The notes beneath the pieces were generated by a model. It worked only from the letters and a program-made list of their open reading frames with translations. It was not told the DNA's origin and ran no database searches. Shown here one piece after another: positions 52,257-64,000 of a stretch of 64,000 bases of DNA. A program made the translations under genes and the position numbers. The stretch's first letter is position 1. Each line of letters begins with the position of its first letter. Origin of the DNA: Lytechinus pictus (lineage: Eukaryota); assembly GCF_037042905.1 (NCBI RefSeq), contig NC_087246.1, positions 5,272,001 to 5,336,000 of the forward strand. The letters run 5' to 3'.

Positions 52257-53187
52257 TTTTCCCCAATTCTATTTGTCATGGCAATGGAAGTCAAAACCAG
52301 AGCTGCAAGTTCCAGTTGTAGAGGTGTTGAGATCGAACCTGGGCTCGAGCTGCCACCAATACGAGCTATCATGGACGACCTTACCCTACTCAATCCATGC
52401 ACAGCCGATCGATGAACAGAAGGCTCTGGAGCGGCTGGATCAATTGATAAGCTGGTGCAGGATGAAGTTCAAACCTAGTATAGGAAGTCAAGGAGTTTGA
52501 CCATAAAAAAAGGAAAGGTAGATGACAGGACACACTACACCGTTGATGGTGAGGCCATTCCATCGATATCAGATGCCCCTGTTAAGAGCTTAGGACGTTG
52601 GTTCACGAAGGAACCAGATAAATGAGATCCGAACAATGGTAGAGGATGGGCTAAATCGTATCGATAAATGTACCCTCCCAAATAAACTCAAATTGTGGTG
52701 CTTAAAGTTCGGTCTCTTTCCAAGGATCATGTGGCCATTGATGATGTATGAGATTGCAATGACGCATGTTGAGGGGATAGAGCAAAGAAGTGCACATCCG
52801 GAAGTGCGTATGGCTTGGCATCCCTCCATGCACAACAAACATAAGCTTCTATGGCCATTCCACAAAGCTAAATCTACCCCTAAGCGGTCTTACAGAGGAG
52901 TTTAAGGTGAAAAAGTATCACATGTACTCAACCATTAGGGACTCCAGCGACCAGTTTGTTAAGGGGACTGTTCCAGTCATTCGCACAGGACGCAAATGGA
53001 ATGCCCAGCAAGAAGTTGAGGAAATGGAATCTTGCCTGGGCACAAAGATATGGTTGGGCCTACACCAGGGGCGTCGATCCATTTTCAGATGGGGGGGGGG
53101 GCAAAATCATGAATCAACGTTCCAAAGGCGCTCGACCACACAAAACAAACATGCACCTACACACACACACATACACACACACATAGG

Positions 53188-53228
<41 letters not shown>

Positions 53229-55187
53229 CTCATGAGAAAGAAATTAATGTGAACGCGAAGCGCGAGCTGAATTTTTTTTTGTACTGACAACAGGAAAAAC
53301 GTACCCGTTTAGGACTGTTTGTAGTGACTTATGAGGAGGATACATATCTCACTACACAGATAATGCGAGTGCCGAGAGTGAGCTGAAATTTCTTTCTATT
53401 CTGACCTAAAAGCTTGATATTCTAAGCATTTTTCAATGATTAAGATGGGTATCTAAACGAAGAACAGATGCGAGCGCGAAGCGCGCGAGCTGAAAATTTT
53501 GATATTTCGATCTGAAAGAATTGACAGTTTAATGGACGTTTTTAATTAAGAACAAGATATATATCCAATAAACGATTATTGCTAATCGAAGCGGTAATTT
53601 TTTTGAAGTTTAGAACTGAAAACGAGACATTCTGTTCACCTATTTAATCATGAAAAGTATGGGTTTTGCTAAAGAAATGATGCGAGCGCAAAGCGCGAGC
53701 TGAAAATTTTTATATTGCAATCTGAAAAGCGGACATTTTGAGCACGATTTTGAATAAAGAGCGAGTTGTGTATCTCGATCTCGCTTTCCGATTACTGTGT
53801 AAACATTACAATCTATTTTTTTTTGCACATCGGGAATTATTTTTTTTGGGGGGGCAAAACGATATGTTTGCCCACCCAATATTTTCATTGGTGGGGCGAT
53901 CGCCCCCCCTGCCCCCCCCCCCCCCCCAGGATCGACGCCTCTGGCCTACACAAACCAATAGAGTAGGGCTAGGTATGAATCCAGCCAAGTACTTCTTTAA
54001 GCCAAGCACGAAAATGAAGCAGAAGATGGTTTCTGACGAAATCCGTCACAAAGAGGAGGAACGACGTATAGCTAAAGCAGTTGGCCTTATGCAGCAGGGA
54101 GCTTGGTGTCGATGGGAGTGAGTAGAACCAAGGTCCCTATCCTGGAAAGACATATGGAAAATGGAAATAGGCACACTTAAATTCTTGCTGCGAGCAACCT
54201 ACGACGTTCTTCCTTCTCCTCATAACCTGAAGAAGTGGGCCAAGACCGAGAACGAGAATTTCCATAGATGTGGAAAGAAGGGTTCACTCAGACACATTCT
54301 ATCAAATTGTCAGGTGTCTCTGGTAGAAGGCTTGTATACATGGAGGCACAATGAGATCTTGAAAAAAACTGAGCAATGCCCTAAAGACACATTCTATCAA
54401 ATTGTCAGGTGTCTCTGGTAGAAGGCTTGTATACATGGAGGCACAATGAGATCTTGAAAAAAACTGAGCAATGCCCTAAAGACCACTATTGAGAAAGCAA
54501 ACCAGACAAAACCACTAAATTCTCCAGCGATGATCGCATTTGTGAAGGCTTGGACAAGTACTGGAGCAAACAGGAGGTAGACTACACACAAGTACGCTCC
54601 TTTGTCTAGCAAGAGATTGGCAATTGGTCTCAGACTTGGATGAGCAGATGACCTTTCCCAGTGAGATTGCGACTACCAACATGTGACCAGATATGGTAGT
54701 CTGCTCGAAGCAGTCCAAGTCGGTCATCCTCTGTGAACTGACTTTGCAATGGGAGGAGAACATTGAGACAGCCCATGAGTACAATACGTCAAAATATGCC
54801 GGACTCATTTTATAATGTAAGGAGAGGGGATGGAAGGTAGACTACTACCCAGTGGAGATCGGCTGCAGAGGAAATGCGACAAAGTATCTCCATTTCTTCC
54901 TCTCAAGTATGGGAATAACCAACAGAAGGAAGCTGGCTTTGGACTTAATGGAGATTGCTACAAGGTCCCTTAGCCCGAATTTGGAATGAATATAAAGCCA
55001 ACTTACCAAACAAGCAGCTGGAGGTGGCATCTCGTCTTGATGCTGCTGGCCCGCCTCCTGCCACATAGCCATATCGAGTATAATTGGCCGAAATGGCTAG
55101 CAGGAGGACCTCGACTGACGACCCAGCTGTTCTAGAGGACATTTCTATGCACAAGGTGTGATTATCTCTTTGACACACACACACACA
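52257..55187 (+). pseudogene. 5'-truncated, decayed RLE-type non-LTR retrotransposon (HERO-like): RT, zinc knuckle, restriction-like endonuclease
   Basis: SPILFVMAMEV; IMDDL; WCRMKFKP; VKSLGRWF; PRIMWPLMMYEI; RTGRKW; QQGAWCRWE; FLLRATYDVLPSP; RCG..GSLRHILSNC..YTWRHN; PDMV..ELTLQWEE..KY; PVEIGCRG. Multiple stops and frameshifts; (CA)n at the 3' end. Confidence 0.88.
53066..53943. mobile_element. Non-autonomous hAT-type element, 878 bp, inserted in the HERO-like ORF
   Basis: 8-bp TSD GCCTACAC (53058-53065, 53944-53951); TIR CAGGGGCGTCGATCC / GGATCGACGCCTCTG. Confidence 0.92.
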
Positions 55188-55937
55188 TCCACACCCTGAC
55201 CCTCCCACGGACAAATATATGTTAGTGTTTTTACCAACCCCGGTCCGAATAAGGGCATATTACGAAGAGACAATGGGATTCCAAAGGGACAACGGGGGAA
55301 AAAACACCTGTACGGTAAGAAGTTATTTTGAAAAATCCTATCAGGTCCAGATATGCTGTCTCTGGTGTATATTCTCGCATATCAAAAATGGCGTACGTGT
55401 TCAATGGTAGAGTGTTAAGAGTCCATCAAAATTAAAAGATGCTCTCTTCAAATAGTTGAGTGACTGAGCAGCACCTTCTTGGTTCTTCAACTGGATGATG
55501 AAACACCTCCCTTTTCCAGGAAGAATATCGCCATAGCTTTGTATGAAATCAGTTAATATAAACAGTAGTTTTATTCAGAGGTGGCTAAAACGTCAGAAAT
55601 AGAAATTGGAGCATATTCACATGTTTCCTTTTTTCTGTTTACTGTTTTTCATTTAGTACAAATAGTATAGATATTTGGACAAAACCTGAACGGCTTTTAG
55701 AGAAACAATTGCCACCTTTCGCAATCCTCACGGACGCTAATATTAGGGTCCCCTAACACAAAAGTTGACGCTTAATCATACACTTGATTTTTAAGATTGA
55801 TTGTACATAATAGTCAATAGAATCAAACGTAGAAAACTGCTCTACAATCAATGCTAAGATTTGTGTTACAGGGGGGTTACAGGCCCTACAGATCTGCTTT
55901 TCGAGTGCAAAATTCTTTCCCGAGACACCCGCACCAT

Positions 55938-57948
55938 CATGGGCGGAAATCTGTCCTGAAATGTAGGGGGGGCAATAGGGGCGGATCTAGCCTTCGCCAG
56001 TAGGGGGGGGGGCGAAATTTGTTTCAGCCATTATTTTATGTTAATTCCCGATCGGCCGCTCGAAGGTGATTTTTGTTTGTTTCATTGAAGGAGTAGTCCT
56101 CATGGTCACTTCTTAGCTTTATTCTTAAATCAACATGTATAATATCATAATCCTTATTTATATAATGCGAGCGCGAAGCGCGTGCAAAGTTTTTTTTTGA
56201 AAATTTATGTATTTTTTCCTCAAATTTGAACATTCTGGGCAATGTTTTTCCTGAAAAAGATGTATATACAACTAAATAATTACTACGAACGCGAGGTGCG
56301 AGCAGAGGTTAACTGATGAAAAATGTTGAGATTTAGACCCGAGAACGAGACACTCTATGCATGTTTTGTTAATCATGAAAGGGATGAGTAATTGGGGGTC
56401 TTCCTTACACCCGGTCCTTACATTAATAATCCGAGTGCAAAATGCAGCCAGAAAATGTTCATATACGTTTAATTTGAATTGACTGCTTGCACTTAGCCAT
56501 GAAGACGTTACATATTTCAACAATCAAATAATACAAAAAGAATCGAAAATTTTAATCAATTTTTGTAATTGTGAACAGGGTAGCTATATAACTAAACAAT
56601 TGATGTGAGCAGAAAAATTCGAGAATTAGACCTAAAAATGTGACACTCTATTCATGTTTTGTAAATCATGAAAATGATAGGTAATAGGGGATCTTTCTAC
56701 ATTAATAATGCGAGCACAAAGCGTGAGCAGAAATTTTTTTATATTGTGATCTGAAACTGGATAATGATTGAAATAGAGAACAAGATGAATATCTGAATAA
56801 ACATGCGCGTGTTTCAGATTTAGACCTAGAATCTCGGCATTCTACACATCTTTTATCATGAAAAATTAAAGCGAGCGCGAAGCACGAGCTTAAACTATTT
56901 GATATTCCGATCTGAAAAAAGGGTCAATTTCAGCTATATATTTAAAGCACTTTGTAGGAAAATTGTGAGGTGGATATGGATTGCATTTAATAAAGAGCTG
57001 ATATTTTTCATTATTGAGTTTTGACATAGGACCGGGACATCCTTAGGACAAGTCATATGAAAATGATGACTATCTTCTTATTCCTCTTGCTAAGCGCGAG
57101 ATGAAACAAAAGGGACAATTTAATCATTAAATTAATATCTTATTTATTAATGCCTAATGAGGGCGATGAATCTGATATTATGGCCTGAAAACTGGACATT
57201 TCAAGCACTTTTGTAATTATGAATAGAATGCATCAGTTAAAATATTTTTAAACCATTAATGCGAGCGCAAATCGGAGCCAAAATCTTTGATAAACTGTCA
57301 TGAAAATCAATATTGAGACATACATAAATCGCCAATCAAAATGCGAGAAGCGCTATCAGCTACGTTTTGACAATCAGACTTGAAAAGGGATATTTTTCAA
57401 ACTAAATGGAATACACAAAAATAATAGGTACTTAATAAATCGAAATTTGCGAGCGCTCAGTGCGAGTAGAAAATGTCAATATTCAGACCATAAAGCTGTC
57501 ACTTTTACACAGCACTTTTTAAAAATCAGTTTGTAAATCACACAAAATAATGAAAGTTCGATTTCCGAGGTGAAATGTGTAATGTATATTGACTTCCAAA
57601 CTTGATATTTGAGCTCCATATTGAAAAATCACCTAACAGGCAATGCGAGCGCGAAGCGCGAGCGATAATTTTATATAGTGACATGAAAGATTCTTTTTAT
57701 TTTCCAAGTCTTCCCCTTATCTTATTTTATTCACTCTGGAAAATTTGACAAGCAAAAACAAGAAAAGAAAAGGTTTTCATCCAAAATTTAAGGTCATTTA
57801 GTCCAAAATACATGTATTATTTCGAATGTGAATGATGCATTTTTCTCCATCATAAAAGACCAACAATAGTAGGGGGGACATTTGATATTGTGTCTCCCCT
57901 ACTATTTTTGGTAGGGGGGACACGTCCCCCCTGGGATTTCCGCCCATG
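55938..57948. mobile_element. Non-autonomous hAT-type element, 2.0 kb
   Basis: 8-bp TSD CGCACCAT (55930-55937, 57949-57956); perfect TIR CATGGGCGGAAATC. The interior from 55976 is an inverted relative of 5320-7168. Confidence 0.9.
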
Positions 57949-58923
57949 CGCACCATACATGCATGTATTACGACTGATGGCTGGAGATATTCGAAATGCA
58001 GGACCTAAAATAGAATATGACATGGATAAGAAAGTGTTTTTTCAAACAAATCGAGTACATATTGAGTGAGGAAAAAGTTACTGAATTAAGGCTTAGATAT
58101 AGATCATTACAGTCCATCGAATCGATATTGCATTTAATGTGGATTATTGGTGGATGACTGGCAATTGATTCCATGGGTCAGATCACCTCTCCAGCCGAAC
58201 CCATTTTGCATGCGCTGATACATTACAATTTTCAAAGTGACATCTTCCATACGCGGAGTACGTTTTGAAAAAGCACTAATCTGAGCGCAGAGACAGGTTG
58301 GGATTCGGTTCTCCGTATTTCACACATATTTTCGCGTGTTATATCAATGGCGCGGTGCGCGCAGAAGGCAAGGGGAGGCCCTTTCAGAAGGGCCTACCTC
58401 AGGACACAAAAGAACCATTATTACCTTCGTAGAAACAAAAAAGTACATCCCTAAAATGAATAGTAATATACTAATGAACATTCATGTGAAAAATCTAGCA
58501 ATTTGGAAAAACTTGCCCATAGCCATAGGTACCTAGGCAATATTCATAAACCATGTCCCCTGACAAAATCTGCCTCTCGTAATCTCTTTTCAACACGTGC
58601 TGCTATTCAGGATAGCGCTTTCTGATTGGCTAATAATTTTCGGGCGAAAGGTCAGCGCGTGATCATTAATAAATATTCATCAAAACTGATGCCGCTGGAT
58701 CGGGCGCTGTGATTGATTGGCTTTGTGATCCCGCGGATATCGTCGAGACGTCTCTACATATATGCGTCTGGGGCGGCCGCGCTCGGCCGCGCCGGCGCCG
58801 GGCAGGCTAGGCGCTATAGCTAGCTAGCGCGCGGTGACCGGTGCTGCATATCCATGCAAACAATTGAGGATCTAGCTGGCTAGAGAGACAGCTTGTAGAG
58901 CCATCATGGTCTAGAAAATATTA

Positions 58924-60075
58924 CCCAGGTAACAATACAGCGTTGGACCAACGTTGGGAAAAATTTTTCCCAACGTTGCATCATCGATAGAAGTGCACGC
59001 GCATACATCGTCAGACCAACAACATTTCCAACGTCAGTTCAACGTTGTCCATCAACAATGTTTCAACGTTGTCTGGCAACGTTGATCCAATGTTGGCTAA
59101 ATAGTCAAATACAACATTGCTTCAACGTTGGTAAGCAACGTTGCATCATCGATAGAAGTGCACGTCCATACATCGTCAGACCAACAAAATGTCCAACGTC
59201 AGTTCAACGTTGTCCACCATCAATGCTCCAACGTTGGTATAATGTCGGCTGAGTCATCAATAACAGCGTTGCTGCAACGTTGATGGGCAACGTTGAAGCA
59301 GCGATGGACGTGCACTTGCATACATCGTCAGTCCAACTATGTTTACAACGTTGGTTCAACGCTGTCCAGCAACAATGCTCCAACATTGTTACAACGTTGT
59401 CACAACGTTGCTCCAACATTGCTCCAACGTTATTCCAATGTATGGCAGTAATTAACAAAACATTAATCGGTTTCAAGGTGAAGTCCACCATTACAACTCT
59501 ACACTCTAATCTTTATCATCATGTCTTATCCTATCCTAAAATCCTTCATCCTAATCCTATACCCTATTCCTATCATCCTACACCTATCCACTGTATCCTG
59601 TCATTGACTTCTATATATAGAGCAACTTTGCTATACTTGGCAGAATACAGTTAATATAATTTTCCACACTTAACCTTGAATATTTCACTTAGAATAATAT
59701 GTTTTGATTATAAATGATATGGTAATGGAGCCACATACTTTTCTGAAACTTTTCATGGTGGAAATATTGAATAAACATAAATACTCTAATTATTATAGCA
59801 ATATTACCTAAAATTTTGGTCATTTACTGATGTAATGAATATTCATGAGTGCATAATCATTGTCCAGATAAGGCAGGTATGGCAGCGTTGGTCCAATGTT
59901 GGTCCAACGTTGGGTGACGTTGATCCAACGTTGGTATAATGTTGGTCCAATGTTGATGGAAAGTTGATTCAACTTTAGTCTAATGTTAGTCCAACGTTGG
60001 CGTAAACGTTGATTCAATGTTTGTCTAATATCGGTTAAACGTTGTTGTAACGTTGATTCTTTGTTGGTCTAATTT
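58924..60075. mobile_element. Probable DNA-transposon end with CAACGTTG-rich subterminal repeats
   Basis: Starts TA|CCCAGGTAACA; dense CAACGTTG palindromes at 58940-59440 and 59880-60070; internal ~165-bp duplication. Confidence 0.55.
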
Positions 60076-61234
60076 TAAACAAATCCAACGATGCGCCATC
60101 TCCATCAAACAGTTTTCAACACTGTGCCATCATCATCTGTAACCTGTTCATGATTCTATCAAAAAACATTACAACTATTATTACAGCTATTCATTTCTTT
60201 TCATTCTTTCTGTTACAAGTCTCTTCACATAATTAAGAGGAATCAAGAGAATTACGTGTGATATTTATTGAGGCCTTTGTAGCATTCAAACTTTTTTGAC
60301 ATCCTCTTTTTCTCAAACAAGACTAATACCAAAAAAACATATGCATATGTAATAAGAATTAAGATGTATTACATTTTCTTGCGAGTTGCAATCTTTGTTT
60401 CTGTCTACAATTGTTTAATGACTCGGTATGCAATGCCAATTGCAACGTCAGTAATCATCACAAAACTCACATGTGTAATTGCAGTCTCTCAGTATTTACA
60501 AAATCTAAAAAGGAGGTCGCATAACTTGGCCTCACTCAGAGTAACGTAGCTACTGCCTACTGTAACTAAAGAGTGCCTCTTTTTTATTAAGATAGAAGTC
60601 AACTGATATCTCAATATGCATGGCCATGGCCTAGTCTTGCTCGTGCCATAACTATTAAATGATATTTCAGCGTCAAGTGTAGCATGCCTCACATAGCAAC
60701 TACAGGTTTGACTGCAGTTGGAAAACACTCGGTCCAGGCTAGGCCAGGCAGGACCGACCAGGTCAATTCAAGGCAGCGTATAATAAATAAGGCAAGAATG
60801 CCAGGTAGCAAGTCATTGGGTGATTTCAAGTACGGTGTACGGTGTTGAGAGCGTGAAAGGGCTGCTGAACTGAGCTCCAACACCAAGCGTAATATTATTT
60901 TTCATTGAAATGTATTAAAACTCTAATGATTTGCTCTCATCTTAAATGTAAAAGAGATGGTTCGTCGTGTTCGCCCCCTGTTCGTGAGCTACAGTTCATC
61001 AACACCAACACTGAACTTTAAATCACGATTCTCCCAATCCCTGGGGGTCGGTGTTGCTGAATGGGGAAATTGCTTGTAGATCATCAACACCATGCAGCCA
61101 CAGTACAGTGTTGTGTTCAGCAGATGACAATCAACACCAGCCTTCAACACAAACTGCCGGAAATACACCATATTTTCCGAGGTCAATCTCAACACCAGCC
61201 TGATTCAAGTACGGTGTTGTCACAACACCAACAC

Positions 61235-61834
61235 TAACCCAGGGAGCTCAGGGGCTTACCGTGTAATTCACCATACCCACGGTAGTAGCGTGAAGTATGA
61301 TCTAAATAATTATCCGAATAAATAGTTAAAACAGAAATTAAGCACTTACCACGATTATATGGATGAAGGTCTAACGAGTGGCAGCTTAGCTGACATCGAG
61401 GCATAGACTGGAACCTCAAAAAACAAAAAGTTCTGTCGCGGTAGCTCTCCTACTTTCAGAATTCATAGCAAAATGGCCGTTCGAGACTGGTACCGAGGGT
61501 GTAGGGCGCATGCGCGAATTTGACAAAGTCTATATGCGCTAGTGCTATTAGCCTCGGTCTCAATCGGCCATTTTGTTTTAAATTCTGAAAGAGGAGAGCT
61601 AGCGCGACAGAACTTTTCGTTTTTTGAGGTTCCAGTCTGTGCCTCGATGTCAGGAAGCTGCCACTCGTTAGACCTTCATCCATATAATCGTGGTAAGTGC
61701 TTAATTTCTGTTTTAACTATTTATTCGGATAATTATTTAGACCATAATTCACGCTACTACCGTTGGTATGGTGAATTACACGGTAAGCCCCTGGGCTCTG
61801 CGGCCCGCTGCGCGGGCCGGAGCTCCCTGGGTTA
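61235..61834. mobile_element. 600-bp palindromic MITE with 3-bp TSD
   Basis: Termini TAACCCAGGGAGCTC / GAGCTCCCTGGGTTA, CAC on both flanks, ~250-bp near-perfect arms (mirror ORFs 61234-61419 and 61542-61844). Confidence 0.9.
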
Positions 61835-62859
61835 CACCAAGTGACCAACACCAGATTTCAACACTGTACTTGAAAATCATCCAATGACTGTTGCCTTGCC
61901 CTTGGTATCGCATACTCGTTCCCACTTACACGTATTGCGAGGTTAGTATTAGTCACTCACACAAGCTAATTACGAGGCTAGTTAGTATGTTATACTGTGC
62001 AGTGACTGGTGTTAAGTATTACTTTACTACTACTTACACGAATATAATAGCGTCGGACTGTACGCGCACAGAAGCTGACTCCGGGATCTTTCGGAGGGGA
62101 TCAATGGTTGCAGTTACCGATTATCTGCAAGTGCAAAGCAAATTCCACTGTAGATTGTAGGTCCTAAATATGCAGCTTATAAGTACTGTTCCAGATCTCT
62201 AGATATTCTGGAATTTAATTGTCTATATCCACTATCCAGTCCAAATTCTTCCAGATTCTTCAAGTTCAAAATTGAAGGAAGCAGACTACACAGACATGAC
62301 AGAAGGAGTCCGACGTCGCGACTAATTCTGCGCATCAGAATAGTATGGTATTTTTAAATAGGCACATTTGATGCTTGTATTTCCTTCTTCAATTTCTTCT
62401 AGTTATGTGACGGTAGGCCTATGACATATCTCGTACTTACTGTGAAAGGCCTAGCCAGCTGCAAAGGACGAGGGCGTTTCTGGAAATTCTGGTCTTGAAC
62501 TACATTTTTTTTCTTGTTTTTCTCCTTTATTTTCTATATTAATCGACACATTTGCATCCCCCGGTGCATGCAGCCTCTCTATTCTACCCCATCTTTATTT
62601 TTGTTTTCCCCTTTTTAGTTCCTCTTTCCCTTCCCATTATTTTCCTTCTCTCTCGATTTCTTTTCCCCTTATTGCTGGGGGATACCAAGGGTGACATGGA
62701 TAGACAAGCAAACTTACTTGATCGACCCCGGCCCCCCTTGGCCCCATTGGAAATTATGCGAGTAGTCGTCTGTATATCATTATCAATTCTCCAATGAACC
62801 AGTTTCTAACGTTCTCAACACTGTGTATATTATGCCGGGATATTATGTTGACTGTCAAA

Positions 62860-64000
62860 CAAATATCCAACAAACTATAGTTTCCAACATTGTGTCAATG
62901 TTAACTGTCAACAACTCTCCAATAAACTATTCCAATTACGCTGTCCACGTTGTGCCATTGTCCGTTGTTCAACAACTCTCCATCAAACTAGTTTCCAACT
63001 TTGTCAACGTTGTGCCATTGTCGACTGTCCAACAAATCTCCAAGAAAATAGTTTCCAACGTTGTTCCTTTGTCGGTTGTTCAGCAACTCTCCATCGAACT
63101 AGTTTCCGACGTAGTCAACGCTGTGCCTTTGTTGGCTGTTCAACACCTATCCAATCAAACACGCGTTTCCAACGTTGTGACGTTGTTGGCTGTCCAACAA
63201 ATCTCCAACACACTAGTTTCCAATGTTGTGCCATTGTCTGTTGTTCAACAACTTTCCAACGTTGCCAACGTTGTGTCATCGTCGACTATCCTACTGATCT
63301 CCAATCTACCAGTTTCCAACGTTGTGCCAGTGTCAGTTGTTCAACAACCTCCCTTCTAATTAGTTTCCAGCCTTATCAATGTTGTGTCATTGTATACTAT
63401 CTAACAAATCTCCAATCTACCAGTTTCCAACGTTGTGCCATCGTCGACTATCCAACAAATCTCCATCGAACTAGTTTCTAGCTTTGACAACGTTGTGCCA
63501 TAGTTGGTTGTTCAACAACTTTCCATCGAACTAGTTTCCAACGTTGCCAACCTTGTGTCATCGTCGACTATCCAACTAATCTCCAACCTACTAGTTTCCA
63601 TCGTTGTGCCATTGTCGACTGTCCAACAACTCTCCAACTAACAAGTTTCCAACGTTGCCAACGTCGTGTCATTGTTGATTGTTCAACAACTTTCCAGCGA
63701 ACTAGTTTCCAACGTTGCCAACGTTGTGCCTTTGCTGGCTGTCAACAACTATCCAATCAAACGTGTCTCCAACGTTGTGACATTGTCGACTGTCCAACTA
63801 CTCTCCAACTTACTAGTCTCCAACGTTGTGCCATTGTCGACCGTCCAACAAATCTCCAACAAACTCGTTTCCAACTTTGTCAACGTTGTGCCATTGTCGG
63901 TTGTTCAACAACTTTCCAGCGAACTAGTTTCCAACGTTGCCAATGTTGTGCCTTTGCTGGCTGTTCAACAACTATCCAATCAAACGTGTTTCCAACGTTG
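62860..64000 (+). repeat. Degenerate minisatellite (~50-60-bp units, TAGTTTCCAACGTTGTGCCATTGTCGACTGTCCAACAA...), continuing past the edge
   Basis: Direct reading; gives the repetitive VSNVVPLS ORF. Confidence 0.85.

Noticed and set aside
55055..55135. Hammerhead-like GAAA / CTGACGA words with a stem in the LINE 3' UTR
   Set aside because: I could not build stems I-III around a valid cleavage triplet; a covariance-model search on the family consensus would be needed.
62823..63359. 178-aa Val/Ser/Asn-rich ORF
   Set aside because: Translation of a degenerate minisatellite that continues beyond the stop.

Overview
AT-rich, intron- and transposon-rich animal DNA. The repeat families, HERO-type LINE, SRCR exon and single-exon divergent GPCRs suggest an echinoderm such as a sea urchin; this is an inference, not proven. 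From left to right: (1) the 5' part of an apparently intact Gmr1-type Gypsy LTR retrotransposon on the minus strand (gag-PR-IN-RT order, 1.4-kb LTR, ~40-nt tRNA-Pro PBS), nested in older DNA-transposon debris. (2) A 3,835-bp head-to-tail duplication, each copy holding a (TCAA)n tract and a rhodopsin-like 7TM receptor exon. (3) A probable secreted or membrane SRCR-domain gene whose signal-peptide exon (23228-23293) and first SRCR exon (51839-52000) are 28.5 kb apart. That interval holds long-TIR foldback elements, MITEs, a SINE, LINE fragments and a 10.2-kb array of a palindrome-containing 33-bp satellite with nested higher-order repeats. The array appears to have been inserted as a cassette into the stem of a host hairpin element. 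(4) A decayed HERO-like RLE LINE, several hAT/Harbinger/Tc1/Kolobok-type MITEs with readable TSDs, and AACGTT-rich repeats at the right end. No prokaryotic genes, CRISPR arrays, rRNA or intact tRNA genes are supported. Most ORFs in the track are repeat artefacts.
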